This document shows positions 10,573 to 21,945 of a DNA stretch of 64,000 nt, piece after piece. The notes under the pieces are model-generated. The model was not told the DNA's origin, did not search any database, and was given only the letters and a program-made list of their open reading frames with translations. The DNA comes from an uncultured Acidimicrobiia bacterium (GTDB taxonomy: Bacteria > Actinomycetota > Acidimicrobiia > Spongiisociales > DATADW01), in contig CAWGYV010000009.1 in assembly GCA_963826825.1 (NCBI GenBank), positions 44,712-108,711 on the forward strand, given 5' to 3'. Positions within the stretch are counted from its first letter, which is position 1. Each line of letters starts with the position of its first letter. A program made the translations under genes and the position numbers.

Positions 10573-11348
10573 CGCAGTTGCTCAGGGAGGTGCGATGCGA
10601 CCAGTTGCAGGAGGTCGGCATGCACCTCCGGAGATGCGGCCACGATCGCGGAGTCGCCGGGCCGGGCGGGAGCGCCGGTGTGATCGGTCACAACTCCACC
10701 GGCCTCCCGCACGAGAAGGATGCCTGCGGCGACGTCCCATGGTCCGAGGCCGTACTCCCAGAAACCGCCGAATCTTCCGGCAGCAACTGCTGCGAGGTCG
10801 AGAGCCGCCGCCCCCATCCGGCGGACATCGCGCCCGGCTTCGAGCACGGCCTCGAGGGCGCGGAGATACTCCCCGGCGTGCGAGCGCCGGTCGTAGGGGA
10901 ACCCCGTCCCTATCAGCGAATCCGCCAGCGGTGCCTCGGCAACGTTCAACCGGCCGGAGGTGGACCATGCGCCCTCTCCCACCGAGGCCCAATAGGTGTC
11001 GTCGTGGAAAACGTCGGCCACAACCCCGACCAGCGGCCGGTCGCCGTCGTAGAGGGCCACGGAGACGGCTACCTGCGGAATGCGGTGTAGGAAATTGACC
11101 GTGCCGTCCAGCGGGTCGACCAGCCACCGGCGGCCGGTCCAAGCCGTCCCACCGGCTTCCTCGGCAAGCACGCCGTCCTCAGGTCGGTAGCTCTCGAGGA
11201 CCGAGAGGATCGATGCTTCGGCTGCCCGGTCGGTCGCCGTCACCGGGTCGACCTCACCTTTGAACTCGGCGTCGGCCAGTCCAAATGCACCTCGGACCAC
11301 GTCGGCCCCCGCCCTCACTGCGAGCCTCGCCACGCCAAGATCGTCCAT
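10569..11348 (-). CDS. suhB: Inositol monophosphatase family protein
   Basis: EE, DPLDGTVNF, GAAALDL, PWDVAAG motifs. Confidence 0.88.
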   Translation of the reverse strand: MDDLGVARLAVRAGADVVRGAFGLADAEFKGEVDPVTATDRAAEASILSVLESYRPEDGVLAEEAGGTAWTGRRWLVDPLDGTVNFLHRIPQVAVSVALYDGDRPLVGVVADVFHDDTYWASVGEGAWSTSGRLNVAEAPLADSLIGTGFPYDRRSHAGEYLRALEAVLEAGRDVRRMGAAALDLAAVAAGRFGGFWEYGLGPWDVAAGILLVREAGGVVTDHTGAPARPGDSAIVAASPEVHADLLQLVASHLPEQLR

Positions 11349-11353
11349 GCGAA

Positions 11354-11388
11354 GACGGTAGACGGCGGACGGCGGACGGCGGACGGCG
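11354..11388. repeat. Heptamer tandem array (GACGGCG)x5
   Basis: gacggta followed by four gacggcg units, intergenic. Confidence 0.9.
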
Positions 11389-11458
11389 GCCAAACCGATC
11401 CGTGCTCATCGCACCTCGGGGAGTGAACCTTCCTCGACCGGTACCATGCCGGACCTAC

Positions 11459-12965
11459 ATGGGCGTGTTCGCTGCGCTGATTTCGGCGCTGCTCCTCATC
11501 ATCGCTTTTCCACCATTCGGGGTCGGCGCTCTTGCAGTGGTCGCCCCGATCCCATTCCTCTGGGCGGTGCGCCGGGCCAAATCGGGGTGGATGGGCGCCC
11601 TCTACGGCGCCGCATTCGGTCTCGCCTTCTTTCTTGGGCTGATCTGGTGGATCGGGGCATTGGGATTCGTTGCCCTCGTTCCGCTGCTCCTCAGCCAGGC
11701 GGCTTTCACCACGGTCTACGGCGCCCTGCTCGCCCGGGCTAGGGCTTGGTCGCCGCAGCGGTGGTGGGTGGCAGCCGTTGGGGGATGGGCTCTAATGGAA
11801 TTGGTGCGAGAGCGTTTCCCGGTGGGCGGGCTCTCATGGGGAATGCTCGGATACCCGGTCGGGGAATACGCCGCCACCCGCGGTGCCACCCAATGGATCG
11901 GTACGTCCGGGTGGTCGGTTGTTCTGTTGGCGGTTGCTGCGGGTGCCGTGGTAGCGCTGGAAAGCCGCCGATTTGGTCCGCTCGCCGCCTCCGCCGCGGC
12001 GCTGATCGGGCTGGGCCTGGCCGGGTGGGCCTGGCCGGGGATGGCGGAGGGGGAGCCACTGCGGGTCGCCATCGTCCAGGGCAACACACCATGCCCGGGC
12101 ACCCACTGCGCCGACGAGCGGTACGGCACGTACCAGCTCCACCTCGAGATGACCCGCACCATCCCGGAGGGGTCGGTCGACCTCGTCGTTTGGGCGGAGG
12201 GAGCCACCGGATCGACCAACGCCGACCCGATCCTGGTACCGGAAGTGGCAGATGCCATCGGGGATGAGGCGGCACGCATTGGGGCGTACCTGCTGGTTGG
12301 TGGCGACCGGATCATCAGCGACACCGAGTGGATCAACGCCAACGTCCTCTTCGACCGCGAGGGTGAGATCGTGGGTGAGTACCGCAAGAGACAACCGGTG
12401 CCGTTCGGTGAGTACATCCCGTGGCGCTCGTTTCTCGCCCCGCTCATCCCAGAGCTGAGCCAGGTGCCGAGGGACATGATCAGGGGAGAAGACCCAGTGG
12501 TGTTCTCGACCGATTTCGGGATGCTCGGCTCGGTCGTGTCCTGGGAGGGATCGTTCGCCCGTTTCCCCCGCGACGTCGCCCGCAACGGGGCCCAGTTGTT
12601 GGTGGTCGCCACCAACAACGCCAGCTACCAGGTGTCACCCGCCTCGGACCAACTCATCGGCATGACTCGGATGCGCGGCGCCGAGCTCGGCCTCGACGTG
12701 GTCCATGCTGCCGTGACCGGGCGGTCCACCTTGATCACCGATGGCGGCGAGGTTGGTGAGCGGACTCCCATCTATGAGCAGGCGCTCTTGGTGGGCGAGG
12801 TGCAAATGCCGCGCCGCGGGCCCGACTCTGTACACCCGCCTGGGGGATTGGGTACAAGTGGCGGCGGTGTTGGGTCTAGTCGTCGTTCTGTTCCGGCGCC
12901 GCCCCGTTCCCCCAGAGGCGACCGAGGAGATCAGCCGGCCCGCCACACCCGTCGGCTCGGGTTGA
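11459..12965 (+). CDS. lnt: Apolipoprotein N-acyltransferase, frameshift at ~12805
   Basis: TM N-terminus, VAIVQGN, WAE, YRK..PVPFGEY; the TLYTRLGDW tail is in another frame; nucleophile position reads VSWE rather than CYE. Confidence 0.88.
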
Positions 12966-13016
12966 CCGCCGTATTCCGTCTATGTTTGCCCGGCTGACAG
13001 TCGCGGAGGACGAGAA

Positions 13017-14966
13017 ATGACCCAGGCCATCGAGAACCTGCTGCGCGAGGAGCGGAGCTTCCCTCCTCCTCCCGAGTTTGCCGCCGACGCCAACGCCCAG
13101 CCGGGGATCCACGACGAGGCCGAGCAAGACTTCGCCGGCTTCTGGCTACGCAACGCCATCGAGCGGGTGAGTTGGTTCAAAGAGCCGACGGTGGCTCTTG
13201 ACGACTCCGAAGCCCCGTTCTATCGCTGGTTCACCGACGGAACCCTCAACCTCTCGTACAACTGCCTCGATCGGCACCTCGAGGAGCGGGGCGACAAGAT
13301 CGCCTACCACTGGGTGGGCGAGCCTGGCGACAAGCGAGCCATCTCCTACCGGGACCTGCACCGCGAGGTGTGCCGATTCGCCAATGCCCTCACTTCCATC
13401 GGGGTGGAGCGGGGCGACCGGGTGGCCATATATATGGGGATGGTTCCCGAACTGCCTGTGGCGATGCTCGCATGTGCCCGGATCGGCGCCGCCCACTCGG
13501 TGGTGTTCGGTGGGTTCTCCTCCGACGCGCTTGCCGACCGGATCGACGACGGTCAGGCCAAGGTATTGGTCACTCAGGACGGTGCCTGGCGCGGGGGAAA
13601 CATCGTCCCGCTCAAAGCAAACGCCGATGTCGCCGTGGCCAGGACACCATCGATAGAGCACGTCGTGGTGCTGCGACGGGTCGGCTCGGAGGTCGCCATG
13701 AAGGAGGGCCGTGACCTCTGGTGGGACGAGGTTGTGGCCGATAAGCCGGACACGTTCGACCCGGCCGAGCTCGACGCCGAGGAGATGCTCTACATCCTCT
13801 ATACGTCGGGGACTACCGCCAAGCCCAAGGGGATAGTCCACACACAGGGTGGATACCTGGTCGGCGTGGCGGCCACCCACCACTACGTATTCGACCTCAA
13901 GCCCGACGACGTCTACTGGTGCGCCGCCGACATCGGCTGGGTCACCGGTCACAGCTACATCGTCTATGGCCCGCTCTGCAACGGGGCCACGGGTGTGATC
14001 TACGAGGGTGCGCCCAACCACCCCGATTTCGACCGTCTCTGGCAGATCATCGAGGATTACCGGGTCACCATCCTCTACACGGCCCCCACCGCCATCCGCT
14101 CCTTCATGAAGTGGGGTGACCAGCACCCGGGGAAGCACGACCTCTCCAGCCTGCGGCTGTTGGGATCGGTCGGCGAGCCGATCAACCCCGAGGCGTGGAT
14201 GTGGTACCGCCAGGTGATCGGGGGCGGCCGCTGTCCGGTGGTAGACACCTGGTGGCAGACGGAGACCGGGATGATCATGATCACCCCGCTCCCTGGGATC
14301 ACGGCCACCAAGCCGGGGTCGGCCACGCTGCCCTTCCCTGGGATCGAAGCAGATGTGGTGGACGAGGATGGCAACTCGGTGCCTCTCGGCGGCGGCGGCT
14401 ACCTCGTACTCACCCGGCCCTGGCCGGCGATGGCGCGCACCATCTACGGCGATCCCGATCGCTACGTCCAGACCTACTGGTCGCGCTACTCCGGCCGCTA
14501 TTTCCCCGGTGACGGGTGCAAGCGCGACGACGACGGATACTTCTGGCTGTTGGGGCGGGTGGACGACGTGATGCTCGTATCCGGCCACAACATTTCGACG
14601 ACCGAGGTGGAATCGGCGTTGGTGTCCCACCCCGCCGTTGCCGAGGCTGCGGTTGTGGGGCGCAAGGACGCCGTGACCGGTCAGGCGATCGCCGCGTTCG
14701 TCACCCTGCGCGGTGGTGTGGAGGGGAACGAGAACCTGCTCACCGAGTTGCGCGACCATGTGGCTCAAACCATTGGGCCGATCGCCAAGCCGCGCAGCAT
14801 CGTCTTTACCAACGACCTGCCCAAGACCCGGTCGGGCAAGATCATGCGGCGGCTGTTGCGTGACATCTCCGAGCACCGTCAATTGGGAGACGTCACCACC
14901 CTCGCCAATGCCGACATCGTCGACGAGATCGCAGCCGCGGCAACCAGCGCACCCGCCGAGGAGTAA
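13017..14966 (+). CDS. acs: Acetate--CoA ligase
   Basis: YTSGTTAKPKG, ADIGWVTGHSY, DTWWQTETG, PKTRSGKIMRR motifs. Confidence 0.97.
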   Translation: MTQAIENLLREERSFPPPPEFAADANAQPGIHDEAEQDFAGFWLRNAIERVSWFKEPTVALDDSEAPFYRWFTDGTLNLSYNCLDRHLEERGDKIAYHWVGEPGDKRAISYRDLHREVCRFANALTSIGVERGDRVAIYMGMVPELPVAMLACARIGAAHSVVFGGFSSDALADRIDDGQAKVLVTQDGAWRGGNIVPLKANADVAVARTPSIEHVVVLRRVGSEVAMKEGRDLWWDEVVADKPDTFDPAELDAEEMLYILYTSGTTAKPKGIVHTQGGYLVGVAATHHYVFDLKPDDVYWCAADIGWVTGHSYIVYGPLCNGATGVIYEGAPNHPDFDRLWQIIEDYRVTILYTAPTAIRSFMKWGDQHPGKHDLSSLRLLGSVGEPINPEAWMWYRQVIGGGRCPVVDTWWQTETGMIMITPLPGITATKPGSATLPFPGIEADVVDEDGNSVPLGGGGYLVLTRPWPAMARTIYGDPDRYVQTYWSRYSGRYFPGDGCKRDDDGYFWLLGRVDDVMLVSGHNISTTEVESALVSHPAVAEAAVVGRKDAVTGQAIAAFVTLRGGVEGNENLLTELRDHVAQTIGPIAKPRSIVFTNDLPKTRSGKIMRRLLRDISEHRQLGDVTTLANADIVDEIAAAATSAPAEE

Positions 14967-15002
14967 CCAGGGCTTTCTGGCGGACCTTCCCTTTGAGATG
15001 GT

Positions 15003-15029
15003 TAAGGCATGGCTCTCGCCTGCCGATTA
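15003..15029 (+). promoter_or_regulatory. Sigma-28 (FliA/WhiG)-type promoter, copy 1
   Basis: TAAG-N15-GCCGATTA. Confidence 0.6.
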
Positions 15030-15074
15030 CTGAAGGTCGTTTGTAAACCAGGGGGGCTGGAGGGTTGTTCACAC

Positions 15075-16366
15075 ATGAAATCTGTTATTAGGGCTGTTCT
15101 GGCGCTGACTTTGTTGCTCAGCACTGTTCTGGTGGGGGCTTCGCCCGCGATGGCGGCGAACGGATCCGTAAGCGGAACGGTGACCGGAGGCGGCAGCCCG
15201 CTCGCCAACATCACGGTCGAGTTGACCGACACGTCGGGGACCCCACTCGGCAAGACGGCGCTCACCGACGCGTCAGGCGACTACACCATCACAGACGTGG
15301 TTCCGGGCGACTACAAGGTCAGGGCCCGTGATCTCGATGTGACGTCGGGGCCTGGCAACGACTGGGTGAGCGAGTTCTACAACAACGTCCAGAACCAGGC
15401 CTCGGCGATGGTGGTGACCGTCGGCGACGGCCAGGCGGTCAGCTGACATCGACTTCGAGCTGGCCCAGGGCGGCCGAATCAGGGGACGGTTACCGACAGC
15501 GATGGCGATGGACCCGTCGGTCAGATCTGTGTCAGCGTCTACGACCAGCAACTCCGCCTCAAGGGGTTCGCCAAGACCAAGGCCGATGGCAGCTACGTCG
15601 TGCCGGTCGCGCAGGGTGACGGTTGTACTCAGTTTCCACGACTGCACGGCACCCTTCGATTTCGGCCCCGAGTGGTACAACAACCAGCTCACCGGGCAGG
15701 CGGCTGACCACTGTGACGGTCACTGCCGGTGGCGAGGTGACCGGGATCGACGCCGAGCTCGGCGAGGGCTTCACCCTCACCGGCACCGTCACCGAAGAGC
15801 TCACTGGTAATGTCGCCAAGGGAGCCTGCGTCACCGTCTACAACGTCGGTGGATCGAAGGTCGACTCTGACAACGCCAACGGCAGCGGCGTTTTCGTGAT
15901 CAAGGGGCTTGATCCGCAGGAGTATGAGATGCGGATCTCGGACTGCAGCAGCGGGCAACCCCGTTGGAAGAAGGAGTGGTGGCAGGACTCCAACGGTCGC
16001 GGTGGGGCATTGGCGGTGGATCTCAGCACCGGCGGTCCCGCAGGCGGCTACAACGTGGTCGTCACTCCGATCGGTGACATCAAGGGCAAGGTCATCAAGC
16101 AGGGCGGCGGCGGCGCTCTCCGCGGGGTCAAGGTCCGCGCCTACCAGGGCCAGGATGTGGTCAAGTCGATCAAGACAAGCGGTAACGGCAAGTACAGGCT
16201 CAACAACATCCAGACCGGGACCTACGACATCAAGTTCACCAAGTCCGGGTACAAGGCGGAGTGGTACAAGAACGTCACGGTGCGCGCCAGCGCCAAAGAC
16301 GTCACCGTGAACCGTGGCGCAGTCAAGTCGAAGGTCAATGCCTGGATGCAGAAGAAGGGTGCGTGA
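15075..16366 (+). pseudogene. Secreted carboxypeptidase-regulatory-like (beta-sandwich) repeat protein, SLH-less paralogue, ~4 indels
   Basis: Signal peptide MKSVIRAVLAL; co-linear with 16542-17830 but frame broken near 15445, 15482, 15620 and 15710; ends before the Gly linker. Confidence 0.75.
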
Positions 16367-16380
16367 CCACGCTCTGACCC

Positions 16381-16429
16381 CGTCGAGGAGATCGAGGCGG
16401 CAGCGGCCAGCGCACCCACCGAGGAGTAG
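16381..16429 (+). pseudogene. Remnant of the acs 3' end
   Basis: Encodes VEEIEAAAASAPTEE* versus acs VDEIAAAATSAPAEE*. Confidence 0.8.
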
Positions 16430-16469
16430 CGCAGCAGGGCCCTTCTGGTGGACCTACCCTTGAGATGGT

Positions 16470-16496
16470 TAAGGCACGGCTTCCGCCTGCCGACTA
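16470..16496 (+). promoter_or_regulatory. Sigma-28-type promoter, copy 2
   Basis: TAAG-N15-GCCGACTA. Confidence 0.55.
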
Positions 16497-16541
16497 CGAA
16501 GGTCGTTTGTAAACCAGGGGGGCTGGAGGGTTGGTTCACAC

Positions 16542-18710
16542 ATGAAATCTGTGCTTAGGGCTGTTCTTGCGCTGACTTTGTTGCTGAGCACTGTTCTGGT
16601 GGGGGCTTCGCCGGCTACGGCTCAGACCCCTGGCTCGGTTAGCGGCAACGTACAAGGGGGCGGTGGTGGCAACCTCGAGTTCATCACGGTTGAGCTGACC
16701 GACACGTCGGGTAGACCCACCGGACTGGAAGCTGTGACCGACGGGTCCGGCAACTACACCATCGACGGGGTAGACCCTGGCGACTACAAGGTTCGGGCCC
16801 GGGACCTCCATCTCGAGGCTGACGCCGGACAGGACTACGTCAGCGAGTACTTCGACAACGTCCAGAACCAGGCATCGGCCACGGTCGTGACCGTGGCCGA
16901 CGGCCAGGCCGTGAACAACATCGACTTCGTACTGGCCAAGGGTGGCCGGATCGAGGGGACGGTCACAGACAGCGATGGCGACGGAGTCGGTCAGATCTGC
17001 GTAAGCGTCTACGACCAGCAACTCCGTCTTAAGGGGTTTGCCAAGACACAGGCCGATGGCAACTACATCGTCGCCACAGTCGCTGCGGGAGACGTCGTAC
17101 TGCGATTCCACGACTGCACCGCTCCGTTCGACTTCGGCCCCGAGTGGTACAACAACAAGCTCACCGGCCAGGCTGCTGACACGGTGACAGTCACATCCGG
17201 TGGCGAGACTGGCCCGATCAACGCCCAACTGGGCGAGGGCTTCACCCTCACCGGTACGGTGACCGAAGAGTTGACCGGGGCCGCGGCGCCCGGCGCATGT
17301 GTCACCGTCTACAACGTCAACGGGTCGAGTGTCGACTCCGACAACGCCAACAGCAGCGGCGTCTTCGTGATCACGGGTCTCGATCCTCAGGAGTACGAGA
17401 TGCGGATCTCGGACTGCACCAGCGGCCAGCCGCGGTGGAAGACCGAGTGGTGGCAGAACGCCACAAGCCGGGATGGCGCCGACCCGGTCGATCTCAGCAG
17501 CGGCGGGCCTGCCGGCGGGTTCAACCCTGTCGTCACCCCGATCGGCGACATCAAGGGCAAGGTGACCAAGCAGTCGGGTGGCGGCAACCTCTCCGGCGTC
17601 AAGGTCCGCGCCTATCAGGGCCAGGACGTGGTCAAGTCGATCAAGACCAGTGGCAACGGCAAGTACAAGCTGAACGACATCCAGGCAGGTACCTACGACA
17701 TCAAGTTCACCAAGTCCGGGTACACGACCGAGTGGTACAAGGGCGTGACCGCCCGTACCGGCGCCAAAGAGGTCACCGTCGGCCGTGGCGCCGTCAAGTC
17801 GGCCATCAACGCTTCGATGCAGAAGAAGGACGATGACGACGGCGGTGGTGGCGGCGGCGGCGGAGGCGGTGGTGACAAGGGCTCGATTGCGGGCACCGTC
17901 ACCGGCATCACCGGGGGCGTCGTGTCGGGGGCCAAGGTCGAGGTCTACAAGACCTCCGGCAACTCCGCCGGCAGCCTGGTGAAGAGCGCAACGACCTCGA
18001 GCAGCGGCGCCTACAAGGTGAGCGGTCTCAACGACGGCACCTACCTCGTGTTGTTCGCTAACGGCTCAGCGTCCTACTTTGCCGACTGGTACACCAGCGC
18101 CCCGCTCTACCGCGAGGCCGATGCCACCAAGGTGACGGTCAACGGTGCCGAGACCGGGAAGAACGGGAACCTTCAACCCATCTTCTCCGACATCGGCGGC
18201 AACACCTTCTACGGGGACATCCTGTGGCTTCGCAACACCGGCATCACGCTCGGTTGCGACGACACCCACTTCTGCCCCTCGAGCAGCGTGACCAGGGGCC
18301 AGATGGCCGCCTTCCTGGTGCGGGGTCTCGACCTGACCGGTGACACCAGTGGCGACACCTTCAGCGATGACAACGGCTCGACCTTCGAGGACGAGATCGA
18401 GATCCTGGCGCAGGCCGGTGTCACCCTCGGGTGCGCCGATGGCCTGTTCTGCCCGGATGCTTCGGTGACACGGGGTCAGATGGCCGCCTTCCTGGTTCGA
18501 GCGATGGACTATGACGACAACCCGGCGGGCGACCGCTTCACCGACGACAACGGCTCGACATTCGAGGACGAGATCGAGAAGTTGGCCGAGGCGGGTGTCA
18601 CCCAAGGTTGCACCGACACCCAGTTCTGCCCGAACGACCCGGTGACCAGAGGCCAGATGGCCGCCTTCCTCCACCGTGCCCTCGGTGGCGGGGTCATCTA
18701 CCCGGGCTGA
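16542..18710 (+). CDS. S-layer homology (SLH) domain surface protein with carboxypeptidase-regulatory-like repeats
   Basis: Signal peptide, four G-x-V-T...G-x-Y beta-sandwich repeats, poly-Gly linker, three TRGQMAAFL SLH repeats. Confidence 0.9.
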   Translation: MKSVLRAVLALTLLLSTVLVGASPATAQTPGSVSGNVQGGGGGNLEFITVELTDTSGRPTGLEAVTDGSGNYTIDGVDPGDYKVRARDLHLEADAGQDYVSEYFDNVQNQASATVVTVADGQAVNNIDFVLAKGGRIEGTVTDSDGDGVGQICVSVYDQQLRLKGFAKTQADGNYIVATVAAGDVVLRFHDCTAPFDFGPEWYNNKLTGQAADTVTVTSGGETGPINAQLGEGFTLTGTVTEELTGAAAPGACVTVYNVNGSSVDSDNANSSGVFVITGLDPQEYEMRISDCTSGQPRWKTEWWQNATSRDGADPVDLSSGGPAGGFNPVVTPIGDIKGKVTKQSGGGNLSGVKVRAYQGQDVVKSIKTSGNGKYKLNDIQAGTYDIKFTKSGYTTEWYKGVTARTGAKEVTVGRGAVKSAINASMQKKDDDDGGGGGGGGGGGDKGSIAGTVTGITGGVVSGAKVEVYKTSGNSAGSLVKSATTSSSGAYKVSGLNDGTYLVLFANGSASYFADWYTSAPLYREADATKVTVNGAETGKNGNLQPIFSDIGGNTFYGDILWLRNTGITLGCDDTHFCPSSSVTRGQMAAFLVRGLDLTGDTSGDTFSDDNGSTFEDEIEILAQAGVTLGCADGLFCPDASVTRGQMAAFLVRAMDYDDNPAGDRFTDDNGSTFEDEIEKLAEAGVTQGCTDTQFCPNDPVTRGQMAAFLHRALGGGVIYPG

Positions 18711-18720
18711 CCGAAACCAC

Positions 18721-18771
18721 GCAACCCAGGGTTCGAAGCGTCATAGAGGCGCTCCTCGAGCCCTGGGTTGC
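18721..18771 (+). terminator. Long hairpin downstream of the SLH gene
   Basis: GCAACCCAGGG...CCCTGGGTTGC inverted repeat. Confidence 0.6.
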
Positions 18772-18835
18772 TCGCGTTCCGGGAACTCACGGAACAGCGA
18801 CCGCGTAGCCTCTGACCCGCTATCGGCGGGAGAAC

Positions 18836-19555
18836 ATGAAGGTCGTCACCGGGTTCGAACCGGCAGTGCATGGGTTCCGTTTCACCAACCGGTTCCTGGG
18901 GTCGGCGGTGCTATCCCAGCTGGGCAAGACCGGCCGGCTCGCCGAGGTCACCGGGATCGGTGTCCCCCATCTCGTGCAACAGGCGCTTGGTCTCCTCGGA
19001 GGGACGCGGTTCTGGGACGGGTTCGGGCTGTGCGGCGGCATGTCGTGGCTGGCGCTCGACCGGTTCGATGCGGACGAGACACCCGAGGCGGATCCCCAGC
19101 CGCCGGCTCCCGGTAACGAACTGTTCGAGCGTCTTGTCGCCCGACAGGCCGACTCGCTTGCCGGAACCGAAATGGTGGTCCGCTGCCTTGGAGCGCAGGC
19201 CCTCCACGATTACGACCGGTGGTGGTTGTTCTGGCGGGACAGTCTTGGTGCTTTGACCGAGAAACTCGAGCTTCCCACATTGCTCGCCTCGCTTGACGCA
19301 GGGCGACCCGAATCTGTCTGCCTCATCCGCACCGCAGGGGTCTCCGATCCAGGTGCCAACCATCAGGTCGTGGTCACCGGGTACGAAGACCTCGGCGATG
19401 GACGGCTGACGCTGAGTCTCTACGACCCCAATCACCCGGGCACGTCGCCCACCATCACGCTGAGCACCGGCCAGCCCGGCCACCGGCTGGCACCGGTGCA
19501 ATCGAGCGGGGAGACCGTTCGCGGTTTGTTCGTCTGGCCTCGGTCCGGCCGCTGA
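18836..19555 (+). CDS. Hypothetical protein with papain-like Cys-His-Asp pattern
   Basis: GLCGGMS, NHQVVVTGY, LYDPN. Confidence 0.65.
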   Translation: MKVVTGFEPAVHGFRFTNRFLGSAVLSQLGKTGRLAEVTGIGVPHLVQQALGLLGGTRFWDGFGLCGGMSWLALDRFDADETPEADPQPPAPGNELFERLVARQADSLAGTEMVVRCLGAQALHDYDRWWLFWRDSLGALTEKLELPTLLASLDAGRPESVCLIRTAGVSDPGANHQVVVTGYEDLGDGRLTLSLYDPNHPGTSPTITLSTGQPGHRLAPVQSSGETVRGLFVWPRSGR

Positions 19556-19582
19556 TCCGCAGTCTGCCTTACCGGCTCGTTG

Positions 19583-20447
19583 TCAGCCGGCGAACGCCGG
19601 GACCTCGCATGGCTCTTCGCCGGGGAGGAGGGGTCTGGGGAACACTCGCCAGGTGGTGTCACCAGTTTCGAACAGAGTTGCCTGATTTGCTTCCCTGAAT
19701 GCACCCACGAGCGCTTGGGCATCTTCTCCTTCGAAGGAGGCGCACTTGATGCCCTGTTGACCGGCGAGGTCGTCCCATGTAGCAGGGTCCTCGTCGATGG
19801 GGAACTCGACCACCTGCTCGAACTCGTCTCCGGTTGCCTCTGCCTCCTGGGCAATTACCTGGATGCTTTCGGGCTCTAGCTCCCCGACGTCACCCTCGGC
19901 GGCGGCCACTCCATCGAGAACCCGGACCAGCCCGGCGAGTCGCTGCACCTGTTCGCTCTGCCCTTCGCCGATGTCGAGGGCGTAGACCTCAAACCGGTGC
20001 TCGCCCTGGTCGTCGTGGTAGGTGATCACCGTGGTCGATGCGTCGGCGATGATGTTGGCCGAGTTGTCGTCCACCTCGTCGGTGATCTGGTCGATCCCCG
20101 TGACGGTGATGGCGTCCATCACCACATCGAGCTCATCCTCGGTCAGCTGGCGGACCTGGTAGTTGGGCCAGAGCGGCTGGGGGAAGATCTCGATCATGGG
20201 TCCCTGGAAGATGAGCCGGCCGTCACCGGTCAGGACGTAGCGGGGTCCTCGGCCCAAGGCGAACTCGATTGGGACGAAGCCACCGATGTCCTCCACGACC
20301 AAGACGACGTCCTCGGCGGCGGGGAGGGTGGTCTCGGCGGGGGAGGTGTCGGTGGTGGATGCGAACTGTGGTACCTGCTCCGCCCGTCGTCCCGCAGGCG
20401 GCGAGCAGCATTGCTATTAGGGCGAGGCCTGTGACGTGTCGTTTCAT
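19583..20447 (-). CDS. Putative lipoprotein, frameshift at ~20360
   Basis: MKRH...LLAAC lipobox with Thr-rich linker; acidic globular domain continues in another frame. Confidence 0.7.
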
Positions 20448-20491
20448 GTGTTCTTGGACGAAGTACCTGGCCCCCCCGGTTCCCACCCGGA

Positions 20492-21820
<1,329 letters not shown>

Positions 21821-21844
21821 GGCCGGCATGGTACGCGGGAAGGA

Positions 21845-21911
21845 CACGGAACACGGAAGTCGGAGGACGGAAAATCACAGGTCGGCAGACGGCGGACGGC
21901 GGACGGCGGAC
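21845..21911. repeat. Compound heptamer array (CACGGAA-type then GACGGCG-type)
   Basis: cacggaa cacggaa gtcggag gacggaa ... gtcggca then three gacggcg units. Confidence 0.8.
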
Positions 21912-21945
21912 AGACACGGCTGTCCGCCACGTCCGACACCCTTGG

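Larger units (their letters stand above)
14918..17829 (+). repeat. Tandem duplication (unit 1 ~14918-16358, unit 2 ~16381-17829)
   Basis: Both units carry the acs 3' end, a near-identical intergenic region and the N-terminal part of the surface protein. Confidence 0.9.

Noticed and set aside
13146-14882. Long antisense or overlapping ORFs (e.g. 578 aa opposite acs, 43095-44402, 35793-37541)
   Set aside because: Shadow ORFs typical of high-GC codon bias; no motifs, and they overlap clear genes.
17840-17875. GGC/GGT trinucleotide tract, and Pro/Thr tracts at 2890-2990 and 37150-37260
   Set aside because: Ordinary low-complexity coding linkers.
18180-18690. Three spaced ~25-nt repeats (CAGATGGCCGCCTTCCT) that look like a CRISPR array
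   Set aside because: They are the in-frame SLH repeats, spaced ~180 nt apart; no cas genes are present.
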